From NCBI GenBank assembly GCA_903944895.1, contig CAJATL010000021.1:2736-66735 (forward strand): DNA of 64,000 bases, given 5' to 3'. The notes below the pieces were generated by a model. It saw nothing but the letters and a program-made list of their open reading frames with translations. It did no database searches and was not told where the DNA came from. Below, piece after piece: positions 17,928-26,233 of this stretch. How positions within the stretch are numbered: the stretch's first letter is position 1; each line of letters opens with the position of its first letter. The DNA comes from an uncultured Bacteroidota bacterium. Its GTDB lineage: Bacteria > Bacteroidota > Bacteroidia > Bacteroidales > 4484-276. Position numbers and translations under genes: made by a program.

Positions 17928-19271
17928 CTATTTGCCGGCTGGTTTTAAGTCGTATTTCTTTATTTTATTATACAAAGTCACCCTGTCGATTTTGAGTGCT
18001 TTTGCTGTTGCCGAAATGTTCCAATCGTATTTGGAGAGTATTTGAGAGATGTGATGCTTCTCAAGGTCGTCAAGGCTTTCGAAGGTAGGGTTAACAACTT
18101 CTCTTCCCAAAGGAAGGTCTTTAAGACTGATTTTTTTTCCATTTCCAACAACGATTGCCCGTTCGATCATATTTTCGAGTTCGCGGATGTTGCCGGGAAA
18201 CGAAAATTCCTCGAGGCGTTTCAAAGCTGCCGGTTCGATGGTGATGAGTGGCCTGTTCATCGAAGTACAATATTTTTTTATAAAATACTCGACAAGCAGT
18301 GGAATATCGTCGATACGTTCTCTTAAAGGAGGAACATTAATATTTACAACATTAAGCCTGTAGAAAAGGTCTTCACGAAACAATCCTTTTTCGACCATGG
18401 TTTTGAGATCACGGTTTGTAGCGCAAATAACCCTGAAATCGGAGGCGATTTCCTTATTCCCGCCAACCCGGACAAATTTCTTGCTTTCGAGAACGCGTAA
18501 TAACTCAACCTGCATCTTTTGCGAAATCGTGGCAATTTCATCCAGAAAAATAGTGCCGCTATCGGCCATTTCAAACCTGCCTTTACGGTTATAAACAGCG
18601 CCGGTAAAAGCGCCTTTTTCGTGGCCAAATAACTCGCTTTCGAGCAAGCTTTCGCTCAAAGCACCGCAATGAACGCTGACAAGCGGGAAGAATTTACGTG
18701 ATGAGTTTGCGTGAATGGCTCTGGCTACGAGTTCTTTTCCTGTTCCGCTTTCGCCGGTTATGATTACAGAAGCATTCGACTGCGCAACACTTTCGATTTG
18801 ATGGAGGACATTTTTCATGGCTTCACTGCTGCCAATCAGGTCTTCGACGTTTTCCAACGAAATAACTTTAACTTTCAGGATTTCATTTTCTTCAGAAAGG
18901 GTTATTTGCTTAGATGCGTTTCTGATCAAATGCGACAGGTCGTCAGGGTCGAAAGGTTTGGTTACGTAATCGAAAGCCCCGTCTTTTAATGCCTGAACGG
19001 CAGTATCAACAGTTGCAAAAGCCGTCATCATAATTACGATCGAATCTTTGCGAAGTGCTTTAATCCGCTTTAACATTTCTAATCCATCCATACCCGGCAT
19101 TTTTATGTCGGCCAGAATGATGTCAAATTCTTCAGATTCAAGCAATGTCAATGCTTTTCGGGCATCTTCGGCGCATTCTACATGATAACCATCTTCGATA
19201 AACCAGTTAAACAAAGAATCCCTTACCGATTCTTCGTCATCAACAATTAAAATGGAGATTTTTTTTGCCAT
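17928..19271 (-). CDS. Sigma-54-dependent response regulator (NtrC/ZraR class)
   Basis: Receiver domain (ILIVDDE...ILADIKMPGMDG), AAA+ domain with Walker A GESGTGKE and the GAFTGA loop (EKGAFTGAV), and a C-terminal Fis-type HTH (NISATAKALKIDRVTLYNKIKKY). Confidence 0.9.
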   Translation of the reverse strand: MAKKISILIVDDEESVRDSLFNWFIEDGYHVECAEDARKALTLLESEEFDIILADIKMPGMDGLEMLKRIKALRKDSIVIMMTAFATVDTAVQALKDGAFDYVTKPFDPDDLSHLIRNASKQITLSEENEILKVKVISLENVEDLIGSSEAMKNVLHQIESVAQSNASVIITGESGTGKELVARAIHANSSRKFFPLVSVHCGALSESLLESELFGHEKGAFTGAVYNRKGRFEMADSGTIFLDEIATISQKMQVELLRVLESKKFVRVGGNKEIASDFRVICATNRDLKTMVEKGLFREDLFYRLNVVNINVPPLRERIDDIPLLVEYFIKKYCTSMNRPLITIEPAALKRLEEFSFPGNIRELENMIERAIVVGNGKKISLKDLPLGREVVNPTFESLDDLEKHHISQILSKYDWNISATAKALKIDRVTLYNKIKKYDLKPAGK

Positions 19272-19282
19272 AATTTATTTCC

Positions 19283-20953
19283 TTAATTTTTGACCAAGGG
19301 TAAAGTTATCGAAATTGTTGTTTCTTTATCGCGGGCCGATTTTACATCGGTTTTGCCTTTATGGCTTTGAACAATGCCATGAACAATGGCCAGCCCCAGG
19401 CCAATTCCGCTCGCATTTTCTTTGGTTGAGAAAAATGGCTGGAAAATGTGGGGAATGTCCTCTTCGGCAATACCAACGCCATTATCAGTAAATTCGATAC
19501 GAATAGTTTTTTCGTCAGGGTTAACGGTTTTCATCAGTATTTCACCGTTTTCTGATACAGCTTCCGAAGCATTGATAAGAATTGCGATACAGGCTTGTTT
19601 GATCTGATTCGGGCTGCAATAAATCAAATCGTTTTTGGCGTTAAAGTCAGTGAAAAAGCTAATGTTGGCAATTTTCATCGGATGCAACATCAGTTCAAAG
19701 GTGTCGTTCAGGATTTCATGAAGATGTTTTGGCTCAAAGCCTTCCTGATCTTTTCTCGAAAAATCGAGTAATCCTCTAACGATATCGCCGCAACGTTTGG
19801 TTTCATTCTCAATCAATTTCAGGTGTTTTAACATCGTATCTTTACGGGTTGGATCAATATCCTGATTATTTAATTGCTTGTAAACCAATTTTGTGTAAAC
19901 CAATATTCCTGATAATGGATTGTTGATTTCATGGGCAACAGAAAGTGATAATTTTCCAAGTGAAGCAATTCTTTCGATATTGATAAGTTCGTTTTGTGCC
20001 TGCCCCAATTCCTCCGATTTTTTCTGAACTTTATATTCGAGTTGTTGCGACCAGTTTTGAAGTTCGGTATTAGCCTTCTGCAAACTGTTGAGCATATCAT
20101 TAAAAGCATACGAAACCATCTGCATATCTAAAAGTTGATTTGATTTAATTTCGAGCCTGGTGCCTTTATCTCCTTTTGCAACCGCCTCACTTGCCCTGAT
20201 GATCGAATTTAAAGGATGGGCGATTCTTTTATTGGTAAAAATGATTAGAAAAATAACGATTAAAAGAGTCATCGTTGCAGCAAGAAGAAAATAATTGGTT
20301 GTCGATTTTTTTAGTGCTGCATCAAGGCCTTCGAGGGGCATTTTTATGATCAGTGATCCGAGTACTTTGTCGTTCTGGTCGTGAGCATGACAGGAACTTA
20401 CATAGCAGGAAGCGCTGTTTAAGATGGGTGATTTTATCAACAGATGCCTGCTGTCGTTGTTGTTGTGGTTCATGCTACATTCGCTGTTGACGTCGATAAT
20501 CCTGTAAGATTTTTCGGTGGCCGAAAACATGGTGGTAAAATTTTCATGGCAACTGATGCAATCGGGGTCGCTGTGATTGGCAGTGTCGGTCGAAATGGAA
20601 GAAAACACCAGATTATTTTTTACGTCGTACATATTAACATCATCAATTCCCGACATTGTATTAATAATATCCAGTGTGCCCTGCAACGATTTCCGGTCGT
20701 TTTCGAGCATTGAGCGATAAAGTGCTCCTTCAACCAGGAAACCAATATTGTTTCCATTTTCACGAATCACCGATTTCATGTATTCTTCGTTTACCGATCT
20801 GAAAATGATGCCGAAGGACACAAACAGAAAAATGGATGAAATGGTGATAATGAAAATCACCCGCCCATAAATCGAATAACGGAATTTTGTAAACCTGCTA
20901 AGATTCTGATGGATGGGGTTGTTGTTGGAGGGAATTTTGTTAGGCCATTTCAT
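19283..20953 (-). CDS. Sensor histidine kinase with periplasmic CxxCH-containing domain, HAMP, HisKA, HATPase
   Basis: TM helices at about aa 31-53 and 221-240, a periplasmic loop carrying CISCH and CYVSSCH, H-box SVAHEINNPLSGI, and a G-box GIGLGLAIV. The stop is 11 nt before the regulator start. Confidence 0.85.
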   Translation of the reverse strand: MKWPNKIPSNNNPIHQNLSRFTKFRYSIYGRVIFIITISSIFLFVSFGIIFRSVNEEYMKSVIRENGNNIGFLVEGALYRSMLENDRKSLQGTLDIINTMSGIDDVNMYDVKNNLVFSSISTDTANHSDPDCISCHENFTTMFSATEKSYRIIDVNSECSMNHNNNDSRHLLIKSPILNSASCYVSSCHAHDQNDKVLGSLIIKMPLEGLDAALKKSTTNYFLLAATMTLLIVIFLIIFTNKRIAHPLNSIIRASEAVAKGDKGTRLEIKSNQLLDMQMVSYAFNDMLNSLQKANTELQNWSQQLEYKVQKKSEELGQAQNELINIERIASLGKLSLSVAHEINNPLSGILVYTKLVYKQLNNQDIDPTRKDTMLKHLKLIENETKRCGDIVRGLLDFSRKDQEGFEPKHLHEILNDTFELMLHPMKIANISFFTDFNAKNDLIYCSPNQIKQACIAILINASEAVSENGEILMKTVNPDEKTIRIEFTDNGVGIAEEDIPHIFQPFFSTKENASGIGLGLAIVHGIVQSHKGKTDVKSARDKETTISITLPLVKN

Positions 20954-21077
20954 TGTTGATTTATTTATTTAGTGAAGGCTAAATTAGTTTTTATTTTCCA
21001 AAAAGTTGAATCAGGTAATTAATATTTTTTATAGTGGATTAACATGTCTCCGGCGAAATTCCTGTCCGCTTGATTTT

Positions 21078-21107
21078 AAACCAAAAGCGATGTGCTTCGC
21101 ACACCGC
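21078..21107 (-). terminator. Candidate terminator ending the GcvH-like/NrfCD operon
   Basis: Minus-strand reading is GCGGTGTGC-gaa-GCACATCGC (8/9 paired) followed by TTTTGGTTT, about 110 nt after the stop at 21216. Confidence 0.45.
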
Positions 21108-21215
21108 TCAAAGTATTAAACCCCAATTTATCCCGGCAGGAAACCGATTATAAACCAACAAAAAACATAACTTATCTCTTGCCTGATAACCAAAGGGAAA
21201 TCTTTATTTCCGTTT

Positions 21216-21935
21216 TTAGACCTTAAGAGTTAGAAAATTTTTCTGGAAATCCTGCCATACTTCGGCCGGAAGTTCCGAAAGTGTGTTGTCGCGTAATTCG
21301 CCGCCATCCTGTAAAATTACCATTGAAGGTTCTGGAGCATATTTCGGCATTGTGGCCGATAAAAAATCCTTAAATCTTTCAAGCTCATTCGCCGACCATT
21401 GTGTTGCTTCTTCGGCCAGGTGATAAGAATTTGTATCGGAAATCCAATTTAATGGTTTAATCTTAAACATCCAGCCTTTTTCGTACGGATCATCATTTAA
21501 TATTCCCGGATTTTCGATAAGTGCTGAATTAAAGTTGATGATTTCACCTGAAATGGGCGAGCAAATCTGCAGGACTTTTCCCTGATGTTCGATTTCTGCA
21601 AACACTTCTCCCTTCTTAATATTCTCGCCATTTTTTTTAAGGTTGAATAATTTTACTTCACCGGTAATGTGAAGCAGTAAATCATCTAATCCAACTTTTG
21701 CTGTACCCGATTTTCCTAGAAAAGTCCAGGTGTGGTTGTTGCTGTAAAATAATCCCTGTGGAATTCGTAACACTTTGGCCGTTAATATGCCTAAGGTTTT
21801 TTGAATTTGCCTGGTTATTTTTACCTGCTTGTTCAATAGAAGCCAGAAAGGAACCAATATGGCAAAAAATGCAATGATCGCCAGGTATTCGATGCCTTTT
21901 GTTTCAAAAATGTTGTTGTATGTAAATCCATCCAT
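21216..21935 (-). CDS. Membrane-tethered glycine-cleavage-H-fold protein (paralogue 1)
   Basis: 239 aa with one TM helix (IEYLAIIAFFAILVPFWLLL) followed by the basic stretch NKQVKITRQIQK. The core YSNNHTW...VGLDDLL...GEV...SPISGEI...DPYEKGWMFKIKP aligns without gaps to GcvH. The ~75-aa C-terminal extension is shared with the tail of gene 24110-25807. Confidence 0.75.
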   Translation of the reverse strand: MDGFTYNNIFETKGIEYLAIIAFFAILVPFWLLLNKQVKITRQIQKTLGILTAKVLRIPQGLFYSNNHTWTFLGKSGTAKVGLDDLLLHITGEVKLFNLKKNGENIKKGEVFAEIEHQGKVLQICSPISGEIINFNSALIENPGILNDDPYEKGWMFKIKPLNWISDTNSYHLAEEATQWSANELERFKDFLSATMPKYAPEPSMVILQDGGELRDNTLSELPAEVWQDFQKNFLTLKV

Positions 21936-21985
21936 AATTTATATTTTTTGTGCCATCACTTTTATGTTTGTGAAAGCTGGTTACT

Positions 21986-23215
21986 TTATTTTTCTTCCTT
22001 AACCCATTCAGGAGAATCCCCTAAAACAGGCATACGAGTGATTATCCATCTGAAAATCCAGATTTCGGTAAATATCACCGTTAATGTTACAACAATTTCC
22101 ATCCATGATGGATAATAATGAACGGGTGCATCCCATCTGAAGCCGATTACAGTAACATTAAGCCGGTTTATAATTACTCCGAGCATCGTTATAATGGCTG
22201 CAAAACGTATCATAAAAATATTGCCGGTACGATAGCTGTAAAAGAACAGCATCATCGGGAGGAGAACAAAACCAAACATTTCGAGCAAGTACCAATAACC
22301 CATCGGAGTTCCTAATAAAGCCCATTGCTGGCCATGTATAAAAACCAATAGTTGCATGAAAAAGTAGGCAAACATAGCTCCGGCGCAAATTTTTGATAAT
22401 CCTTTAAGAATACCGTTTTGAGCTTTGTGATTCTTTTCGCTGATCTGGTCGAAAAATACTTTGTGGCTGATAGATCCTTCGAAAATTACCATCGAAAGCC
22501 CGGCAAAAACACTCGAGATCAAAAATAGAATCGGGATAAATTCGGAATACCACAAAGGATGTATTTTGTCTTTTGCCATGAGATAAAGTGCACCTAAACC
22601 TGACTGGTGAAGTGTGGATAGGGTTATCCCAAAAATTACTGCGGCGATAGTCATTCCAGAAAGTATTTTACGTGCGCGTTTCGCACCAAGCCATTCGGCA
22701 ATGGCAGGCGAAAACTCGATAAGTTGTGCAAACATGTAAAGTAAAAAATGCCAAGCAACTAAAAATAAAACCGAGCTGGTTCCAAAGTTGTTGCCAATGA
22801 TCGGATTTACAACATTCCATGGGCGACCCAGGTCGAGAAGCAAAGCACCGGCATAAAAAACGTAAGCTAAAAATCCGTTTAACACCGTAACTCTAACTAT
22901 GGAATGATACTTTTTCATGTTAAGGATGTAAACCATAAATGTCAGTACGTAAGCTCCTCCTGCAAATGCAACTCCGGTAACTACATCAAAACCAATCCAA
23001 AGCCCCCACGGAATTTCCTGGGTTAGATTTGTAATTGACCCGATTCCTTTCCAGAAACGAATTACAATTAGCACTATTCCGAGTAGAATAATTGGTATCG
23101 AGATGATATTAAAAACTGTAAACCACTCACCTTTAGGTTTTAGTTCGTGCAGCAGAAACTGCCAGGTCGATTTCTCCTCATTATCTTTTGTGATGGGTAC
23201 GATCAGGTTACTCAT
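21986..23215 (-). CDS. NrfD/PsrC/HybB-family polytopic membrane quinone-interacting subunit
   Basis: 409 aa and about 10 predicted TM helices. The start overlaps the FeS gene stop by 8 nt. Sequence character (WGLWIGFDVVTGVAFAGGAY, LDLGRPWN) fits the NrfD family. Confidence 0.8.
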   Translation of the reverse strand: MSNLIVPITKDNEEKSTWQFLLHELKPKGEWFTVFNIISIPIILLGIVLIVIRFWKGIGSITNLTQEIPWGLWIGFDVVTGVAFAGGAYVLTFMVYILNMKKYHSIVRVTVLNGFLAYVFYAGALLLDLGRPWNVVNPIIGNNFGTSSVLFLVAWHFLLYMFAQLIEFSPAIAEWLGAKRARKILSGMTIAAVIFGITLSTLHQSGLGALYLMAKDKIHPLWYSEFIPILFLISSVFAGLSMVIFEGSISHKVFFDQISEKNHKAQNGILKGLSKICAGAMFAYFFMQLLVFIHGQQWALLGTPMGYWYLLEMFGFVLLPMMLFFYSYRTGNIFMIRFAAIITMLGVIINRLNVTVIGFRWDAPVHYYPSWMEIVVTLTVIFTEIWIFRWIITRMPVLGDSPEWVKEEK

Positions 23216-24068
23216 TTTCTTCTTCTTTAGGTTGGCTATTTTTATTTGCTTCGTAAATTCCTAAAAGGAGTGGTGGTAAAAGGACAAATACAGAAGGAAC
23301 ACTGTAAAGAAATCCTTTAGAAAGTTCAGGATAGGATTTGTTTTGGATTTTTGCATCATAACCCAATTCGGTAAATGGTATTGGAGATAAGGATAAATAG
23401 CCCGTTCCACCGGCTGTACTTTCACCGTAAATCTGGTCAACATACTTTTCCGGATTTTCCGAGATTCTTTTTCGTGCCTCAGCAATCAGTTGTCTGCGTG
23501 TTCCAAAAATCAAGGCATCGCCGCAGGCTTCAGCACATGCTGGTATCCCACCTTCAATAATCCGGTCATAACACATATCGCATTTTTGAATTTTTGGATT
23601 TGCGCTGTGATATTCGAATTTAGGGATATCAAACGGACAGGAAACCATGCAATACCTGCATCCCATGCATTTATCTGCCCTCCAGATTACAGGCCCTTCT
23701 TTGGTTTTAAACATTGCCTGTGTGAGGCATGCTGCAGCACAGGCAGGTTCGTTGCAGTGCATGCAGGCATTTCTCGAAAATACCTCACCAGCCTCCGTGT
23801 TGCGAATGTTTATCACACAGCGTTGGGTTTCGTTGGTTTTTCTTAGGACCCCGGCCACCATTTCGTCCTGAGGTTCTGGAAAATTGTGTGCCTGCGCGCA
23901 GGCGCTTTCACACGATCTGCAGCCTATGCACCGGGAAGCGTCGAATAATAATCCCTGAAATTCAATTTCGCTATTCCCGGATGTTTTTGAGGCTAAGTTC
24001 CTGCCTGCAAGTAGCGTGAATCCTGCGACTCCGATAGTCTTTAGGAAATTTCGTCTGTCCAAAGCCAT
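23208..24068 (-). CDS. Tat-exported four-cluster 4Fe-4S ferredoxin subunit (NrfC/HybA/PsrB-like) with C-terminal TM anchor
   Basis: Twin-arginine signal MALDRRNFLKTIGVAG. Cys groups are CIGCRSCESAC, CMHCNEPACAAAC, CMGCRYCMVSCP and CDMC..CAEAC. The C-terminal helix is FLYSVPSVFVLLPPLLLGIY. Confidence 0.85.
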   Translation of the reverse strand: MALDRRNFLKTIGVAGFTLLAGRNLASKTSGNSEIEFQGLLFDASRCIGCRSCESACAQAHNFPEPQDEMVAGVLRKTNETQRCVINIRNTEAGEVFSRNACMHCNEPACAAACLTQAMFKTKEGPVIWRADKCMGCRYCMVSCPFDIPKFEYHSANPKIQKCDMCYDRIIEGGIPACAEACGDALIFGTRRQLIAEARKRISENPEKYVDQIYGESTAGGTGYLSLSPIPFTELGYDAKIQNKSYPELSKGFLYSVPSVFVLLPPLLLGIYEANKNSQPKEEENE

Positions 24069-24109
24069 AATGATAGTAATTTCAATCGTTTAGATACTTT
24101 TGAAGGTAT

Positions 24110-25807
24110 TTATTTTGAGGTATTAATGAAGTTGGTTTGAAAGTCTTCCCAAACTTCAGGGCCAAGATCAGCTAAAACATTGTCGCTGAGTTCGCCACCA
24201 TCCTGAAGGATGATGTGGTTGTAAACAGCAGTGTTGGATCTGACTGAAGCAGCAAAGAAATCTTTGAGCCTGGTAAATTCGTCTCTGAGCCATTCTTTGT
24301 ATTTATCAGCCATAAACATAAATTGTATCTCCCTCATCCAATTTATGGGTTCAATAGTATAAACCCAACCTTCAGAATATGTTGAAGTATTAATTTTATC
24401 AGATGCTGTTGTTAACAATTGATTCTGTTCTTTTATAGTTCCTGAAACAGGTGAGTAGATGTCTAATTTTTTGCCTTCATGGTTGATAGTCAGTAATTTT
24501 TCTCCTCTTCTGATCTTTTCGCCTGGAACCTTCATAATAATGCGGGTAAGTGTTCCGGTAATATGTTGAAGGAAGTCATCAATCCCGACTTTTACAACCC
24601 CATTTTTTTCCATAAATGCCCAGGTGTGCGTTTTGTCAAAATATAGCCCTTTTGGAGCTTCAATTGAATTCTCATCCAATAAAGGCTTGATTTCGATGTT
24701 TTCGTTTGTAAAAATCGATTTTTTACTCCTTCTGGATAATACCACGGCAGTTACAATAAAACCTACGGTTAAAAACGAAATGAGAATTATTAACCACAAC
24801 CCTGCAGTTTCGGTTTCATTCGGCTGTTTGGTATTAATTTCCGGATTCGCTAATGCGAGTAAATTTGACTGTTTTTCGATATTTGCCAGATCACAAAAGC
24901 CATTTGAACTTAAAAATCTTTGTCCGTCAGTTGTTAACCAGGTTAAAAATGCCAGAGTACTTTCATCGGTTGGTTTAGCCTCAGAAATGGCGTAAAAATC
25001 ACCACATAAAGCAACAGGATATTTTCCGATCCAAACGCCTCTTGTGAACGTACCCAGATTTTCGTAAATGTTTTCAAAGTTATCAATCCGCCCATTTAGG
25101 TTTTTATCGATCGGAATTATTTTAAGACTTGCTGCAATTTCATTCGTGTTAGCATCAATTATTTGGGTGAGATTACAAAATCCAATAGCGTAAATGTCCT
25201 TATTTAATGCCGAAACCAGATCATCTCCACTTTTTAAACTAATTCCGTTTGCAAATAAAGGTTTTGTTTGCAAGAAGTTGGAAATGCCATTTTTTACTGA
25301 TTCATTAGCAGGTAGATAATAATGAACAGGAATGTTTTGGCTGGTGGTGATAAGATTATTCCAGTTTTGATTTTCCGAGCTGGTGAATAGCATAGAAAAC
25401 TTTTCCGGGGAAATCCCCTGACGAGTAATTTCTTCCAGAAGTGGGTTTTTTGAATTAGTTACCGGAACAATAACCTCGCGTCCAACCAAAATTTTCCAGG
25501 CTGTTTCATCGCTGGATAATTCAGAGAATTGGCCCGAAACAAGGCTAACTGATTTTTTTTTACTTATGGAGGGATTGTTAATATCGGTAATTGTGATTTT
25601 TACCTCAGGCTTTAGTTTGCCATATTCGGCTATCAGGTTAGTTGCCAGGTTTTGTAACTCCTGAGTGCAGTTAATGTTAATTGTTCCATTATTGGATTTA
25701 TTTGTTTGGATAGCAGTTTGATTATCTGATGCTTCATTGCTGCAGTAACTTTTGGTGCTTAAAAGCAAAATTGATAATCCGGCGAAAATGAATAAAATCT
25801 TTTTCAT
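24110..25807 (-). CDS. PstS-like periplasmic binding domain - TM - GcvH-fold fusion protein (paralogue 2)
   Basis: ORF trimmed to MKKILFIFAGLSILLL (ATG 25805-25807). It has a PBP-like region of ~270 aa (AIGFCNL, TLAFLTWLTTDGQRFL), the TM helix AGLWLIILISFLTVGFIVTAVVL followed by SRRSKKS, and then the GcvH-like core plus the same C-terminal extension as gene 21216-21935. Confidence 0.75.
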   Translation of the reverse strand: MKKILFIFAGLSILLLSTKSYCSNEASDNQTAIQTNKSNNGTININCTQELQNLATNLIAEYGKLKPEVKITITDINNPSISKKKSVSLVSGQFSELSSDETAWKILVGREVIVPVTNSKNPLLEEITRQGISPEKFSMLFTSSENQNWNNLITTSQNIPVHYYLPANESVKNGISNFLQTKPLFANGISLKSGDDLVSALNKDIYAIGFCNLTQIIDANTNEIAASLKIIPIDKNLNGRIDNFENIYENLGTFTRGVWIGKYPVALCGDFYAISEAKPTDESTLAFLTWLTTDGQRFLSSNGFCDLANIEKQSNLLALANPEINTKQPNETETAGLWLIILISFLTVGFIVTAVVLSRRSKKSIFTNENIEIKPLLDENSIEAPKGLYFDKTHTWAFMEKNGVVKVGIDDFLQHITGTLTRIIMKVPGEKIRRGEKLLTINHEGKKLDIYSPVSGTIKEQNQLLTTASDKINTSTYSEGWVYTIEPINWMREIQFMFMADKYKEWLRDEFTRLKDFFAASVRSNTAVYNHIILQDGGELSDNVLADLGPEVWEDFQTNFINTSK

Positions 25808-25881
25808 AATAGATCGATTTTGAAGTTTAAAAATTTCTTTGAGAACGTGAATTTTAATTGTTGTCAATTCCATTATTACAA

Positions 25882-25898
25882 GTCAATTAAAATGCCAA
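25882..25898 (-). promoter_or_regulatory. Candidate sigma-54 (-24/-12) promoter for the operon
   Basis: Minus-strand reading is TTGGCATTTTAATTGAC. TGGCA and TTG sit at the canonical spacing of TGGCAC-N5-TTGC, but the -12 element reads TTGA instead of TTGC. It lies ~75 nt upstream of ATG 25807, and a sigma54 activator is encoded nearby. Confidence 0.25.
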
Positions 25899-25954
25899 AC
25901 CAAATAATATTTATAATGCATTGTAATATAGTACATTATGAGCTTGGTGAATAA

Positions 25955-25982
25955 TTATTCAACATGCTAATGTGTTGAATAA
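25955..25982. promoter_or_regulatory. 10-bp perfect inverted repeat, candidate activator-binding site
   Basis: TTATTCAACA-tgctaatg-TGTTGAATAA, about 60-100 nt upstream of the candidate -24/-12 element in a divergent intergenic region. Confidence 0.3.
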
Positions 25983-26233
25983 AACAACACCATTATTTTA
26001 GAAGTTATGTAAAAATCTGAATAACAGGTTGCTGATATAATGCTTAATAATTATGCACTGTTTAATAATGCAACACTTTGGAATGATGTGAAAATTGAAT
26101 CAAAAATATGTAATCTAATATATTGAAAAACAGTGGAATATGATTGAGTTCCGTTAATAAATACCAGTTAAATTTTTTTTTACAAAAAATTTACTTTCTC
26201 TTTGTGGAATTGTTCATAAAAAAATCAACCCAA

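Noticed and set aside
23261-24019. Cluster of overlapping ORFs on both strands across the FeS-subunit gene
   Set aside because: The 286-aa minus-strand frame carries a Tat signal and four canonical Cys clusters. The others are by-products of locally higher GC and Cys/Ala codon richness.
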